Source: an uncultured Bacilli bacterium (lineage in GTDB: Bacteria; Bacillota_I; Bacilli_A; RF39; UBA660). Taken from it: a DNA stretch of 51,038 nt. Below the pieces are notes generated by a model. It was not told the DNA's origin, did not search any database, and saw only the letters and a list, made by a program, of their open reading frames with translations. Made by a program: the position numbers and the translations under genes. This document shows, one piece after another, positions 9,087 through 16,518 of the stretch (its first letter is position 1; each line of letters begins with the position of its first letter). Location: assembly GCA_944372215.1 (NCBI GenBank), contig CALVYL010000002.1, positions 1-51,038 on the forward strand, given 5' to 3'.

Positions 9087-10802
9087 CTACTTGTATTCTT
9101 CAAGTAATCTTTTATAAATCCCCGGTTCAACGATATTAATTGCATTAATTGCATTTTCCAAACTACTTTTAAAATTTCCCTTCAAAAAATTATTCTCGGC
9201 TTTTATTAAATTAAAATCTACCTCTTTATTAGTAACTCGATATCTATTACCATAAACAATTGCTACCTCAGCCATTCGCGCTGTTTTAACCGTTTCATTT
9301 ATTGTATTATATACTTTTAAAACTAAATCCCTTGCAGTATCAACTCGAACATTTAATATCTTAATTGATATAGGTCTTTTATCTAAAGCTTTTATAAGTT
9401 CATTAATCGCCGCCATGGCTTCTGATAACTCCACATAATAATTTTTAGGAACACTTGGGAGTTTAAATGAACGAACTTTTTCCTTAGTTTGGTTTAATAT
9501 TTTCTTTATTTCATCAAGTTGTTCTCGAGCCCTTAGTTCATCTTCTTTTAAGCTACCCAAATTTTTTAGTGCCCCATTTAATTTTTCTTCAGTTTTAACC
9601 AACTTAGAATTAATTATTTCCATTTCGCGAGCTAACTTACTAAATGGTAACATTTTGCTTCTAGCAACATCCACTATTTTATCGTAATTTGCACGAATAT
9701 TCATTATTTCATCTTTAATTTCCAAAATTACCGAAACCTCATCATCGGTAAGATCATAACTATATTTAATATCTTCTATTTTCTTATATAATTCATTATT
9801 TATTTTTTCTAATTTAGTAGCTTTAATTAAAATACTCCTACTATAATCTTCATATATTTTCTTACTAATTTTTTCTTTATCAAAATCATTATATAAAGAA
9901 TCAAAATAATCATGCATGGTCTTAAGTTCAAATAAAGAATCTTCAATATTTAAAACATTTAATCTTTGAAATACATCTTGAATCTTTTTATTAGCTTCTT
10001 CTATATTATAATCAATATTTAAATATTCTAAATTATAGCCTTCTTTAGTCATCTTCGTAACTATATTTTTAATATCTTCTATTTTCTTTGGTATTAAATT
10101 TTTACCCAAATTAACTATTGGTCGGGTTTCTTCAATAACAGCTTTTAAATTATCTATTATATCTGATATGGCTTTTACAATCTTTCCTACCTCAGTATAA
10201 GCATTTTTTTCCATAGATGTTTCAAATGCTTGAAATAACTTATCAACGTTTTCAAATTGCAATTCTAAAGGAACTTTAATAATACTATATTCTTCTTCAT
10301 AATCTTTATAAGTACCATAAATATCTCGATACGTAGCCTTTAATTTAGTAATAGTTTCCCTATTTCGTTCTTCACTTAAAGTTACATCTCTTATCTCATC
10401 TAGTAAAAATCCCGCTTTAGTTTTTAAATTATTTAATTCAAAATCAACTTGTAACATCAATTTTTTTAATTCTTTAAAATCATGATCTTCAAATAATTCT
10501 TCTATTTCATTAATTGTATCAGTTATCTTGGGTAATTCAACATCTTTTATCTGCTTGAATCGTTGTTTCCAATCCTCAAGTTTTTCTTTCATCTCATCAT
10601 TATTAACTAAAGCCTCTACTTTATTTAATTCCGATAGCATACTAGCAGATATAATTAAATTCTTTTCTTTTTCTAATTCATCTATTTCTCTTTTTAATTT
10701 ATTTTTTTCTCTTTTATTTATCAACGACAAAACAATTATGACAATAATAATTGTCAATATATAATAAGCAACTGCAATTAATAAAAAAGTTGTCCTTCCC
10801 AT
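9087..10802 (-). CDS. ezrA: Septation ring formation regulator EzrA
   Basis: 571 aa with a single N-terminal TM (FLLIAVAYYILTIIIVIIVLSLI) followed by long coiled-coil repeats. Synteny with the desulfurase and thiI. Confidence 0.8.
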   Translation of the reverse strand: MGRTTFLLIAVAYYILTIIIVIIVLSLINKREKNKLKREIDELEKEKNLIISASMLSELNKVEALVNNDEMKEKLEDWKQRFKQIKDVELPKITDTINEIEELFEDHDFKELKKLMLQVDFELNNLKTKAGFLLDEIRDVTLSEERNRETITKLKATYRDIYGTYKDYEEEYSIIKVPLELQFENVDKLFQAFETSMEKNAYTEVGKIVKAISDIIDNLKAVIEETRPIVNLGKNLIPKKIEDIKNIVTKMTKEGYNLEYLNIDYNIEEANKKIQDVFQRLNVLNIEDSLFELKTMHDYFDSLYNDFDKEKISKKIYEDYSRSILIKATKLEKINNELYKKIEDIKYSYDLTDDEVSVILEIKDEIMNIRANYDKIVDVARSKMLPFSKLAREMEIINSKLVKTEEKLNGALKNLGSLKEDELRAREQLDEIKKILNQTKEKVRSFKLPSVPKNYYVELSEAMAAINELIKALDKRPISIKILNVRVDTARDLVLKVYNTINETVKTARMAEVAIVYGNRYRVTNKEVDFNLIKAENNFLKGNFKSSLENAINAINIVEPGIYKRLLEEYK

Positions 10803-10887
10803 ATCTATTCACCTTATATATTAAGTTTATCACATATTAAGATTTTTTTAAAGGTTTTAAATATAAGAGATGCCAACTTTTTGCAAA

Positions 10888-11253
10888 TTATTTAATTTTA
10901 TCAAAATATACATAACAATTATCTGGTCTAATAGCTTCAATTAAAACTTTATTTTTTGTAGTATCCCAATTCACTCTACTACCATTTGCACAATTAGATA
11001 ATTCACTATTATAAACATAATCCTCAGTTAATAAAGAATTATCCCATATTTCTTCATAATTTCCGGTATTTACACCCGTTTCCCTAAACATAGTTATGGT
11101 ATTAGTACTAACAAAATCTCCACTATTATTATTTGCTTGATCAAAATTTTCTAAACCCATTTCATTTTGAGGATAAAAATAAATCAATGCTATAATTACC
11201 AATACCAATAAAATAATACCTACTACAATTAAATTAATTTTTCTTTTTATCAT
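10888..11253 (-). CDS. Hypothetical N-terminally anchored small protein (121 aa, two C-terminal Cys)
   Basis: N-terminal TM LIVVGIILLVLVIIALIYFY. No family recognised. Confidence 0.5.
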   Translation of the reverse strand: MIKRKINLIVVGIILLVLVIIALIYFYPQNEMGLENFDQANNNSGDFVSTNTITMFRETGVNTGNYEEIWDNSLLTEDYVYNSELSNCANGSRVNWDTTKNKVLIEAIRPDNCYVYFDKIK

Positions 11254-11364
11254 AATTACATTCCTTTCACCTATATTGTAACAAATGATTATTAAATATT
11301 TTGTCGAACTATGTCGCTATATTAATTATAGACAAAATTTATCTATAAAGCAAGTTAAATTAAT

Positions 11365-11392
11365 TAATATATTTATTTATTGGACATATAAT
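11365..11392 (+). promoter_or_regulatory. Sigma-E-like sporulation promoter upstream of the spoIIIAH-like gene
   Basis: TAATATA (11365-11371), 13-nt spacer, CATATAAT (11385-11392). Recalled sigma-E consensus is [TG][AC]ATA[AT][AT]-14-CATACA[ACT]T. This is a low-information motif in AT-rich DNA. Confidence 0.3.
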
Positions 11393-11416
11393 TAAGTAGA
11401 TTAAATGGAGGGTATT

Positions 11417-11902
11417 ATGGTAAATAAACAAAATCTATGGTTTGTAACATTATTTTCATTAATTTTAGTATTAGGTATTTATTATGTGAGTATGGGTGAT
11501 GAAACCCTGACAGCTCTCGCCGGCAATAATGATGTTTCTGAGGTTGTTGAGGTCTCCGAATCTGATGTCATTGTAGCTTTACAAGTTGAAGATGATGAAT
11601 CAGTATTAAAACAAATGACTGAATACCAAAATATTTTATTAGATTCAACTGCTACTTTAGAAGAAAAAAATGATGCTTATGAGGGATTGCAAGCACTTAG
11701 TAACAATCAAAGCGAATGTGAAAAAATTGAAAAATTAATCAACGAACAATTCCAATATGACAATTTTGTTAAAATTGATGGGGATACTATTAGTATAGTT
11801 ATAGCCAGTACTGAACACAATAATGAAATTGCTAATAAAATAATTAGAGCAGTTCAAGAATTATATGACACCCAAAAATATATAACCGTTAAATTTGAAT
11901 AA
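11417..11902 (+). CDS. spoIIIAH: Stage III sporulation protein AH-like (SpoIIIAH family)
   Basis: Start at ATG 11417 (GGAGGG SD). NKQNLWFVTLFSLILVLGIYYV resembles B. subtilis KKQTVWLLTMLSLVVVLSVYYI. The C-terminal half (EEKNDAYEGLQALS...DGDTISIVIAS...ITVKFE) parallels the SpoIIIAH C-domain. Confidence 0.75.
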   Translation: MVNKQNLWFVTLFSLILVLGIYYVSMGDETLTALAGNNDVSEVVEVSESDVIVALQVEDDESVLKQMTEYQNILLDSTATLEEKNDAYEGLQALSNNQSECEKIEKLINEQFQYDNFVKIDGDTISIVIASTEHNNEIANKIIRAVQELYDTQKYITVKFE

Positions 11903-11907
11903 TAGGT

Positions 11908-11935
11908 ACCAAAAGATAAAATGCTTCATAAAATA
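11908..11935 (+). promoter_or_regulatory. Sigma-K-like promoter upstream of gerE
   Basis: AC (11908-11909), 17-nt spacer, CATAAAATA (11927-11935). Recalled sigma-K consensus is AC-17-CATANNNTA. Overlaps the preceding terminator hairpin. Low-information motif. Confidence 0.3.
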
Positions 11936-11955
11936 CTATGAAGCATTTTGTTTTA
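11918..11955 (+). terminator. Rho-independent terminator after the spoIIIAH-like gene
   Basis: 12-bp stem, aaaatgcttcat (11918-11929) pairing with atgaagcatttt (11938-11949), followed by gtttt. Confidence 0.7.
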
Positions 11956-11967
11956 GGAAGGATTTAT

Positions 11968-12174
11968 ATGAACAAAAAAATATTAACCGAAAGAGAACGA
12001 GAGGTCTTTGAATTACTTGTAATTAATAAAACAACTAGTGAAATAGCTGAGTTTTTAGGAATAAGTGAAAAAACTGTCCGCAATCACATTTCTAATGCCA
12101 TTCAAAAATTAGGGGTAAAAGGCAGAGCCAGTGCAGTTGTTGAACTTATTAAACTAGGAGAAATTACAATTTAA
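11968..12174 (+). CDS. gerE: LuxR/GerE-family sporulation transcription regulator GerE
   Basis: LTEREREVFELLVINKTTSEIAEFLGISEKTVRNHISNAIQKLGVKGRASAVVELIKLGE is near-collinear with B. subtilis GerE. Start set to ATG 11968 (GGAAGGA SD) because the track's 11938 start lies inside the terminator stem. Confidence 0.85.
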   Translation: MNKKILTEREREVFELLVINKTTSEIAEFLGISEKTVRNHISNAIQKLGVKGRASAVVELIKLGEITI

Positions 12175-12175
12175 T

Positions 12176-12201
12176 AAAGACTTCGGTCTTTTTCTTCTTT
12201 T
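12176..12201 (+). terminator. Rho-independent terminator after gerE
   Basis: AAAGAC-TTCG-GTCTTT hairpin (12176-12191) followed by a T-rich run. Confidence 0.7.
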
Positions 12202-12231
12202 TATTAAATATAATTAAACAGGTGTTTAATT

Positions 12232-13137
12232 ATGTTAAAAAAATCATCAATTAAAAGAATAATGTTAGCAACATTAGCCTTATTTTTATTATTAATTATT
12301 TATTTTTTCCCTACTAATCCCCAAATATCTGAATCACTATCTTATATTGAAAGAGAAGAAATTCCTATATTTTTAGTTGATAACATGGAATATATTGCTA
12401 GAACTACTATTGTTAAAGATAGTAATAATACTATTGATTTAATCAAAGAAATTATTGCTAGTTTAACAATAAATTCTGCTAAATCAAATTATATTAGGGA
12501 AGGATTTAAAGCTATTATTCCCGAAAATACTCAAGTACTCGATTTAAATTTAGAAAACAATATTTTAACTATTAATTTTAGCAAAGAATTATTAAATATT
12601 ACCGCCGATAATGAAGAAAAAATGCTAGAAGCATTAATTTATTCACTAACAGAAATAGAAGAAATCGAAAAAATAAAAATTCTTGTTGAAGGAGAAAAGC
12701 TTGCTAGTTTACCTAATTCCCACAAAAAACTACCGGAATATTTAGATAAAAATTATGGTATTAATAAAATATATAATTTGGATTCAATTAAAGATACTAG
12801 CAAAACAACCATCTACTATTTAAGTAAATATAATGATTATTATTACTATGTTCCTGTAACCAAAGTTAGTAACGAAAACACCGAAAAAGCAGAAATAATT
12901 ATTAATGAACTTAAAACTACTCCCATATATCACACAAACCTAATAAGTTATCTCGCTGCATCAACTAATTTAACCAATTATGAAATCTTAGAAGATAGCA
13001 TATCTTTATCTTTTGACAACCATCTCCTTGCCGGACTAGATGATGAAGAAATTTTAGAAGAGGTCAAATATGCCATATCACTATCGATAAGAGACTCCTA
13101 TGGAATAAATGATGTAATATTTAATTTTCCAGAATAA
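12232..13137 (+). CDS. GerM-like sporulation/germination protein (GerMN domains)
   Basis: N-terminal anchor followed by two regions of GerMN-like pattern (LNLENNILTINFSKELL...EKMLEALIYSLTEIEEIEKIKILVEG). 301 aa. Confidence 0.55.
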   Translation: MLKKSSIKRIMLATLALFLLLIIYFFPTNPQISESLSYIEREEIPIFLVDNMEYIARTTIVKDSNNTIDLIKEIIASLTINSAKSNYIREGFKAIIPENTQVLDLNLENNILTINFSKELLNITADNEEKMLEALIYSLTEIEEIEKIKILVEGEKLASLPNSHKKLPEYLDKNYGINKIYNLDSIKDTSKTTIYYLSKYNDYYYYVPVTKVSNENTEKAEIIINELKTTPIYHTNLISYLAASTNLTNYEILEDSISLSFDNHLLAGLDDEEILEEVKYAISLSIRDSYGINDVIFNFPE

Positions 13138-13189
13138 AAATGTATTTAGCCAAATAAAAAGCCCTAAATTTAGGACTTAAATAACAAAA

Positions 13190-13266
13190 TGGTGTCCTCG
13201 AAGCGATTCGAACGCTTGACCGTACGCTTAGAAGGCGTATGCTCTATCCAGCTGAGCTACGAGGAC
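13190..13266 (-). tRNA. tRNA-Arg (anticodon TCT)
   Basis: Hand-folded cloverleaf. Acceptor GTCCTCG/CGAGGAC, D stem GCTC/GAGC, anticodon stem TACGC/GCGTA with loop CT-TCT-AA, T arm AAGCG-TTCGAAT-CGCTT. CCA is encoded. Confidence 0.9.
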
Positions 13267-13278
13267 ATCAACAAGATA

Positions 13279-13307
13279 ATTATAGTATAAAATTTAAAAT
13301 AATGCAA
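13279..13307 (-). promoter_or_regulatory. Sigma-A promoter of tRNA-Arg(TCT)
   Basis: Minus strand TTGCAT (13302-13307), 17-nt spacer, TATAAT (13279-13284), 12 nt upstream of the tRNA 5' end. Confidence 0.6.
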
Positions 13308-13361
13308 TAGTTTTGCTTGTAATAAATTTAAGAATTTGATAATATAATTATAGAAAGGAGT

Positions 13362-13829
13362 ATGTATATGAATTATTACGACTATAATAATAGTCTATCT
13401 TCAACTGCTAGTACTATTGAAGGCGTTGCTGTTTGGACAATAGTTTCTTTGATCTTAGCAATTATTGGTGGAATATTAGTTTATGTTTTATTCATTAAAG
13501 GTAAAAACTTAAAATTAACTCCATTTTTAAAAAATTTAAGAGATTTGCTAGATTTTAGAATAATGGTTTTAGAAACTATATTAAAAGTACTATATTTAAT
13601 AATTACAATATTTATTATTTTAGTATCATTTAGTTTCATTGCTGTTAATTTCTTAACATTCTTATTAGTTTTAATTTTTGGACCAGTAATTGTTAGAATC
13701 ATTTACGAAGCATCAATGATGTTAATAATGATTTGGAAAAATACTAAAATTATTGCTGATAATACTACAGTAAAAGAAACTAAAGAAGAAAAGAAAGAAA
13801 CTAAGAAAAAAGAAGAAAAAGAAGATTAA
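13362..13829 (+). CDS. DUF4282-like membrane protein with Lys/Glu-rich tail
   Basis: LLDFRIMVLETILKVLYLI...VRIIYEASMMLIMIW pattern and three TM segments. The ATG at 13368 has better SD spacing (GGAG ends at 13360) than the ATG at 13362. Confidence 0.55.
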   Translation: MYMNYYDYNNSLSSTASTIEGVAVWTIVSLILAIIGGILVYVLFIKGKNLKLTPFLKNLRDLLDFRIMVLETILKVLYLIITIFIILVSFSFIAVNFLTFLLVLIFGPVIVRIIYEASMMLIMIWKNTKIIADNTTVKETKEEKKETKKKEEKED

Positions 13830-13859
13830 AAAAAAGATTCCTATTCAGGAATTTTTTTT
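13828..13859. terminator. Bidirectional terminator between convergent 13362..13829 and efp
   Basis: ATTCCT-ATTC-AGGAAT hairpin (13837-13852) with A-run and T-run extensions on both sides. Confidence 0.7.
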
Positions 13860-14418
13860 ATGCTCTACTTGCGTATTTACCATCTTTGGTAGAAACAAGT
13901 ATCTTTTCACCTTGATTAATAAATAATGGTACTTTTACAACATAACCAGTTTCAATTTTGGCATCTTTAGTAGCATTAGTTGCTGTATTACCTTTAACAG
14001 CTGGTTCTGTTTCAACTACCTCAAATTCAATTTTTTCTGGTAAAGTTATACCAATAATTTCCCCTTCATATGAATCAATATCAATTTCTAAACCTTCTTT
14101 TATAAAGTTTACACTATCTCCTAAAACTGAGGTAGGAATTTCCACTTGTTCATATGTTATAGTATTCATAAATACATAGGTATCTCCCATAGCATATAAA
14201 AATTGGGCATGTACTTTATCAATATGAGCTCTTGTTATTTTAATATTAGTATTAAAAGTATCTTCTGTAACAGCACCAGTTCTTAAATTTTTTCTTTTAA
14301 TTCTAACAAAAGCTGGTCCTTTACCAGGTTTTACATGTTGAAACTCAACAATTGTATATAATGCTCCATCCATAATAATGGTCATACCATTTTTAATGTC
14401 ATTAATATTGATATCCAT
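13858..14418 (-). CDS. efp: Elongation factor P
   Basis: 186 aa. DIKNGMTI...VEFQHVKPGKGPAFVRIKRKNLRTG is canonical EF-P. Confidence 0.95.
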   Translation of the reverse strand: MDININDIKNGMTIIMDGALYTIVEFQHVKPGKGPAFVRIKRKNLRTGAVTEDTFNTNIKITRAHIDKVHAQFLYAMGDTYVFMNTITYEQVEIPTSVLGDSVNFIKEGLEIDIDSYEGEIIGITLPEKIEFEVVETEPAVKGNTATNATKDAKIETGYVVKVPLFINQGEKILVSTKDGKYASRA

Positions 14419-14437
14419 TTAACTCACACACTTTCTA

Positions 14438-14602
14438 TTATTTTTTTTCTTTAGCAATAACTGTTTTTTTACAATTTTTGCAATATCTTTTAATTTCTAA
14501 ACGATCCGGAGTATTTTTTTTATTTTTACTAACAGGACGTAACTCATGTCCACAAACAGAACATCTCATAGTTACTTCGCTACGATTTTCTTTTTTTGCC
14601 AT
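14438..14602 (-). CDS. rpmG: 50S ribosomal protein L33 (54 aa; too short for the 60-aa ORF track)
   Basis: Hand translation gives MAKKENRSEVTMRCSVCGHELRPVSKNKKNTPDRLEIKRYCKNCKKTVIAKEKK, with a CxxC...CxxC zinc ribbon and the KNKKN.PDRLE.K.YC L33 signature. AGGAGGG SD upstream. Confidence 0.85.
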   Translation of the reverse strand: MAKKENRSEVTMRCSVCGHELRPVSKNKKNTPDRLEIKRYCKNCKKTVIAKEKK

Positions 14603-14634
14603 AATATTCCCTCCTAACTGATAAGTTCTCTATA

Positions 14635-14662
14635 ATTATACCAAAATTATAAGATTTTTCAA
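14635..14662 (-). promoter_or_regulatory. Sigma-A promoter (extended -10) for rpmG-efp
   Basis: Minus strand TTGAAA (14657-14662), 16-nt spacer ending in TGg, TATAAT (14635-14640). Confidence 0.55.
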
Positions 14663-14694
14663 CTAATTTAATAGTTTTTTCCAAAAAAACACGA

Positions 14695-15525
14695 TTATAT
14701 AGCCTCAACTAACTTTAAAGAATTTGTTAATTCATTTAAATAATTAGTACACACCCCATCTTCGGCATTTATATAATAATTTAAAGTATATAATATATCA
14801 TCATTTATTAAAGCATAAACATAAGTATTTTTATCATTAAAGAAATACCAAATATTATTATTAATCGTAATATTATTAATATTACTTTCTTGATATACGG
14901 AATACAAAAAATCCATTTCATTATCATAAGTATTATGCATTTTTTGAATAATAAAACTACAATTATTGTATTCATCTATATATTCATATGATGAATACGT
15001 ATCACTAGAATAATTATTTTTAAAACCGCTAGGAACAGTATAATCTAAATTAATAATAATTTCTTCTGTATTATTATTTAATTGATTAAAAACATTATCA
15101 TATTCCTCTCTAAAAGTAAAAATAAATACTATTAAATAGACAACAATTGCTATACCTAAAACAATGTTTGAAACCCCACCCTTTTTCTTACATAAAGATA
15201 ATATTTTATCTTCATCATTAGTGCTTTCTTTAATTTTCGTTATGTCTTTATTTATTTTATATAAATAAAGATCTTTAAATTTTAAAGCTACAATAAAAGA
15301 TAGTATAATAGACAATAAGCTAGATAAAGTATATAACTCTAATATATAGTCGAATATTAATGCTATTAAGAAACTAATAACAAAATATAATAAACTAAAT
15401 AACCATAATTTTCGATACAACAAATAAATTATAGAAAATAAAAAAGTTGGCCAAGAAAAATTAGAATTTAAAATTTTATCATAATTTTTACCAACATATG
15501 CTTCAATATATTTCTCTTCGGACAT
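14695..15525 (-). CDS. DUF2628-like membrane protein with extra C-terminal domain
   Basis: N-terminus YVGKNYDKILNSNFSWPTFLFSIIYLLYRKLW is typical of DUF2628. Several TM segments. Confidence 0.5.
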   Translation of the reverse strand: MSEEKYIEAYVGKNYDKILNSNFSWPTFLFSIIYLLYRKLWLFSLLYFVISFLIALIFDYILELYTLSSLLSIILSFIVALKFKDLYLYKINKDITKIKESTNDEDKILSLCKKKGGVSNIVLGIAIVVYLIVFIFTFREEYDNVFNQLNNNTEEIIINLDYTVPSGFKNNYSSDTYSSYEYIDEYNNCSFIIQKMHNTYDNEMDFLYSVYQESNINNITINNNIWYFFNDKNTYVYALINDDILYTLNYYINAEDGVCTNYLNELTNSLKLVEAI

Positions 15526-15572
15526 AAATTATCACCAAAACCATTTTACCAGATTTAATAATTATATGCAAA

Positions 15573-15622
15573 TAGAACTAGTTCTAAAACTACCACAACC
15601 AGTGATTTTATTCACTGGTTGT
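15573..15622. repeat. Inverted repeats at the 3' end of the Rpn gene
   Basis: 11-bp stem, ACAACCAGTGA (15595-15605) pairing with TCACTGGTTGT (15612-15622), spanning the stop codon. A perfect 14-nt palindrome TAGAACTAGTTCTA lies at 15573-15586. Confidence 0.6.
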
Positions 15623-16441
15623 ATCAAACTTATTTTCGTTAATGATGTTTTTTACATCATCTACACTAAGACCTACTGCTATAGCAATAGTTTCAATAGG
15701 ACTATTTACTGATAACAAGTTTTTAATGACATCGACTTTTTCTTCAGCCTTACCTTCTTGCTTAGAAATCAATAGTTTCTCATCTTCTTCACTTATTTCT
15801 CTTATAAATTCAGCATCACTATTTAATCTCACAACCTCACCTCGAAACTTTTGAATTATTTCATCATTTGGAAAGAAATCCTTTAATTCTTCTGGTGTTT
15901 TATCAAGCATTAAAATATATCTAAGTCTTTCTCTTTCCTTAACATCAGTATAGCATAATTCTTCGACATTTTCTACAAATATATTCCAAATACTAAAGTT
16001 TTCTGTATATATTCCATCTTCACTTGTTAAATATGCTTTAGTTACTAATCTTTTAGATTTCTTGGACTCAAATATAAAATTAATTTGTAAAAATTTTGTT
16101 GTAATGTCAATTTCTTGGCCTTTAGATACATGTTTACTAAATAACTTGCAAATAAATGCTAAATTTCTAATTTTAGTAATTTCGGAAAAACCATGAGCAT
16201 TAATTTCCACATTGATAATTTTTTTACCAACTTTCACTAGAACATCTAAAGTCTTTTTTCTTTCTTTTTCAGTATCTAATGGAAGCTCTATGGGAATAAA
16301 TTCTAAAATTTTTACAGGTTCACCAAAGACTGTGCTAAGAATTGCTTCTAGTATTTCTTGGCCATTTTTGCCATGGGCAATACTTTTAAATAATCTATCG
16401 TTTTTAGCGGTATATACTTTGGTTTGTTCATCAGTAATCAA
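15608..16441 (-). CDS. Rpn-family recombination-promoting nuclease / PD-(D/E)XK 'putative transposase' (YhgA-like)
   Basis: 277 aa. N-terminal NDRLFKSI...LDVLV...INVEIN nuclease-core pattern and C-terminal helical tail ...NLLSVNSPIETIAIAVGLSVDDVKNI. TTG start preceded by AAGGAGGTG. Confidence 0.7.
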   Translation of the reverse strand: MITDEQTKVYTAKNDRLFKSIAHGKNGQEILEAILSTVFGEPVKILEFIPIELPLDTEKERKKTLDVLVKVGKKIINVEINAHGFSEITKIRNLAFICKLFSKHVSKGQEIDITTKFLQINFIFESKKSKRLVTKAYLTSEDGIYTENFSIWNIFVENVEELCYTDVKERERLRYILMLDKTPEELKDFFPNDEIIQKFRGEVVRLNSDAEFIREISEEDEKLLISKQEGKAEEKVDVIKNLLSVNSPIETIAIAVGLSVDDVKNIINENKFDTTSE

Positions 16442-16518
16442 ATTTTCACCTCCTTGATTTGCTATAATAGCACAAAGGTTTTGAAAATATTGTTGCTTTT
16501 TGGCGAAGAACCTAAAAA

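Noticed and set aside
11302-11318. Exact Spo0A box TGTCGAA (11302-11308) with TGTCGCT one helical turn later (11312-11318), in the divergent region upstream of the spoIIIAH-like gene
   Set aside because: This is suggestive but not evidential. The same 7-mer or its complement occurs by eye at least four more times (3044-3050, 20439-20445, 20982-20988, 37951-37957), three of them inside coding regions. That is about what base composition predicts for 51 kb.
11938-11967. N-terminal extensions in the ORF track (11938 for gerE, 27140 for the sirA-like gene, 20333 for the pilin, 2185 for 1241..2173, 20932 for the ylbD-like gene, 42179 for glyQS)
   Set aside because: The upstream GTG/TTG/ATG codons fall inside terminator stems or inside the SD of a better-placed ATG. 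Homologous N-termini (GerE, prepilin leader, SirA, signal peptide) begin at the downstream ATG.
15608-16441. Treating the Rpn/'PD-(D/E)XK transposase' gene as an insertion sequence
   Set aside because: I found no terminal inverted repeats or target-site duplications flanking the gene. Only local hairpins at its 3' end are present. Rpn-family genes are not established autonomous transposons.
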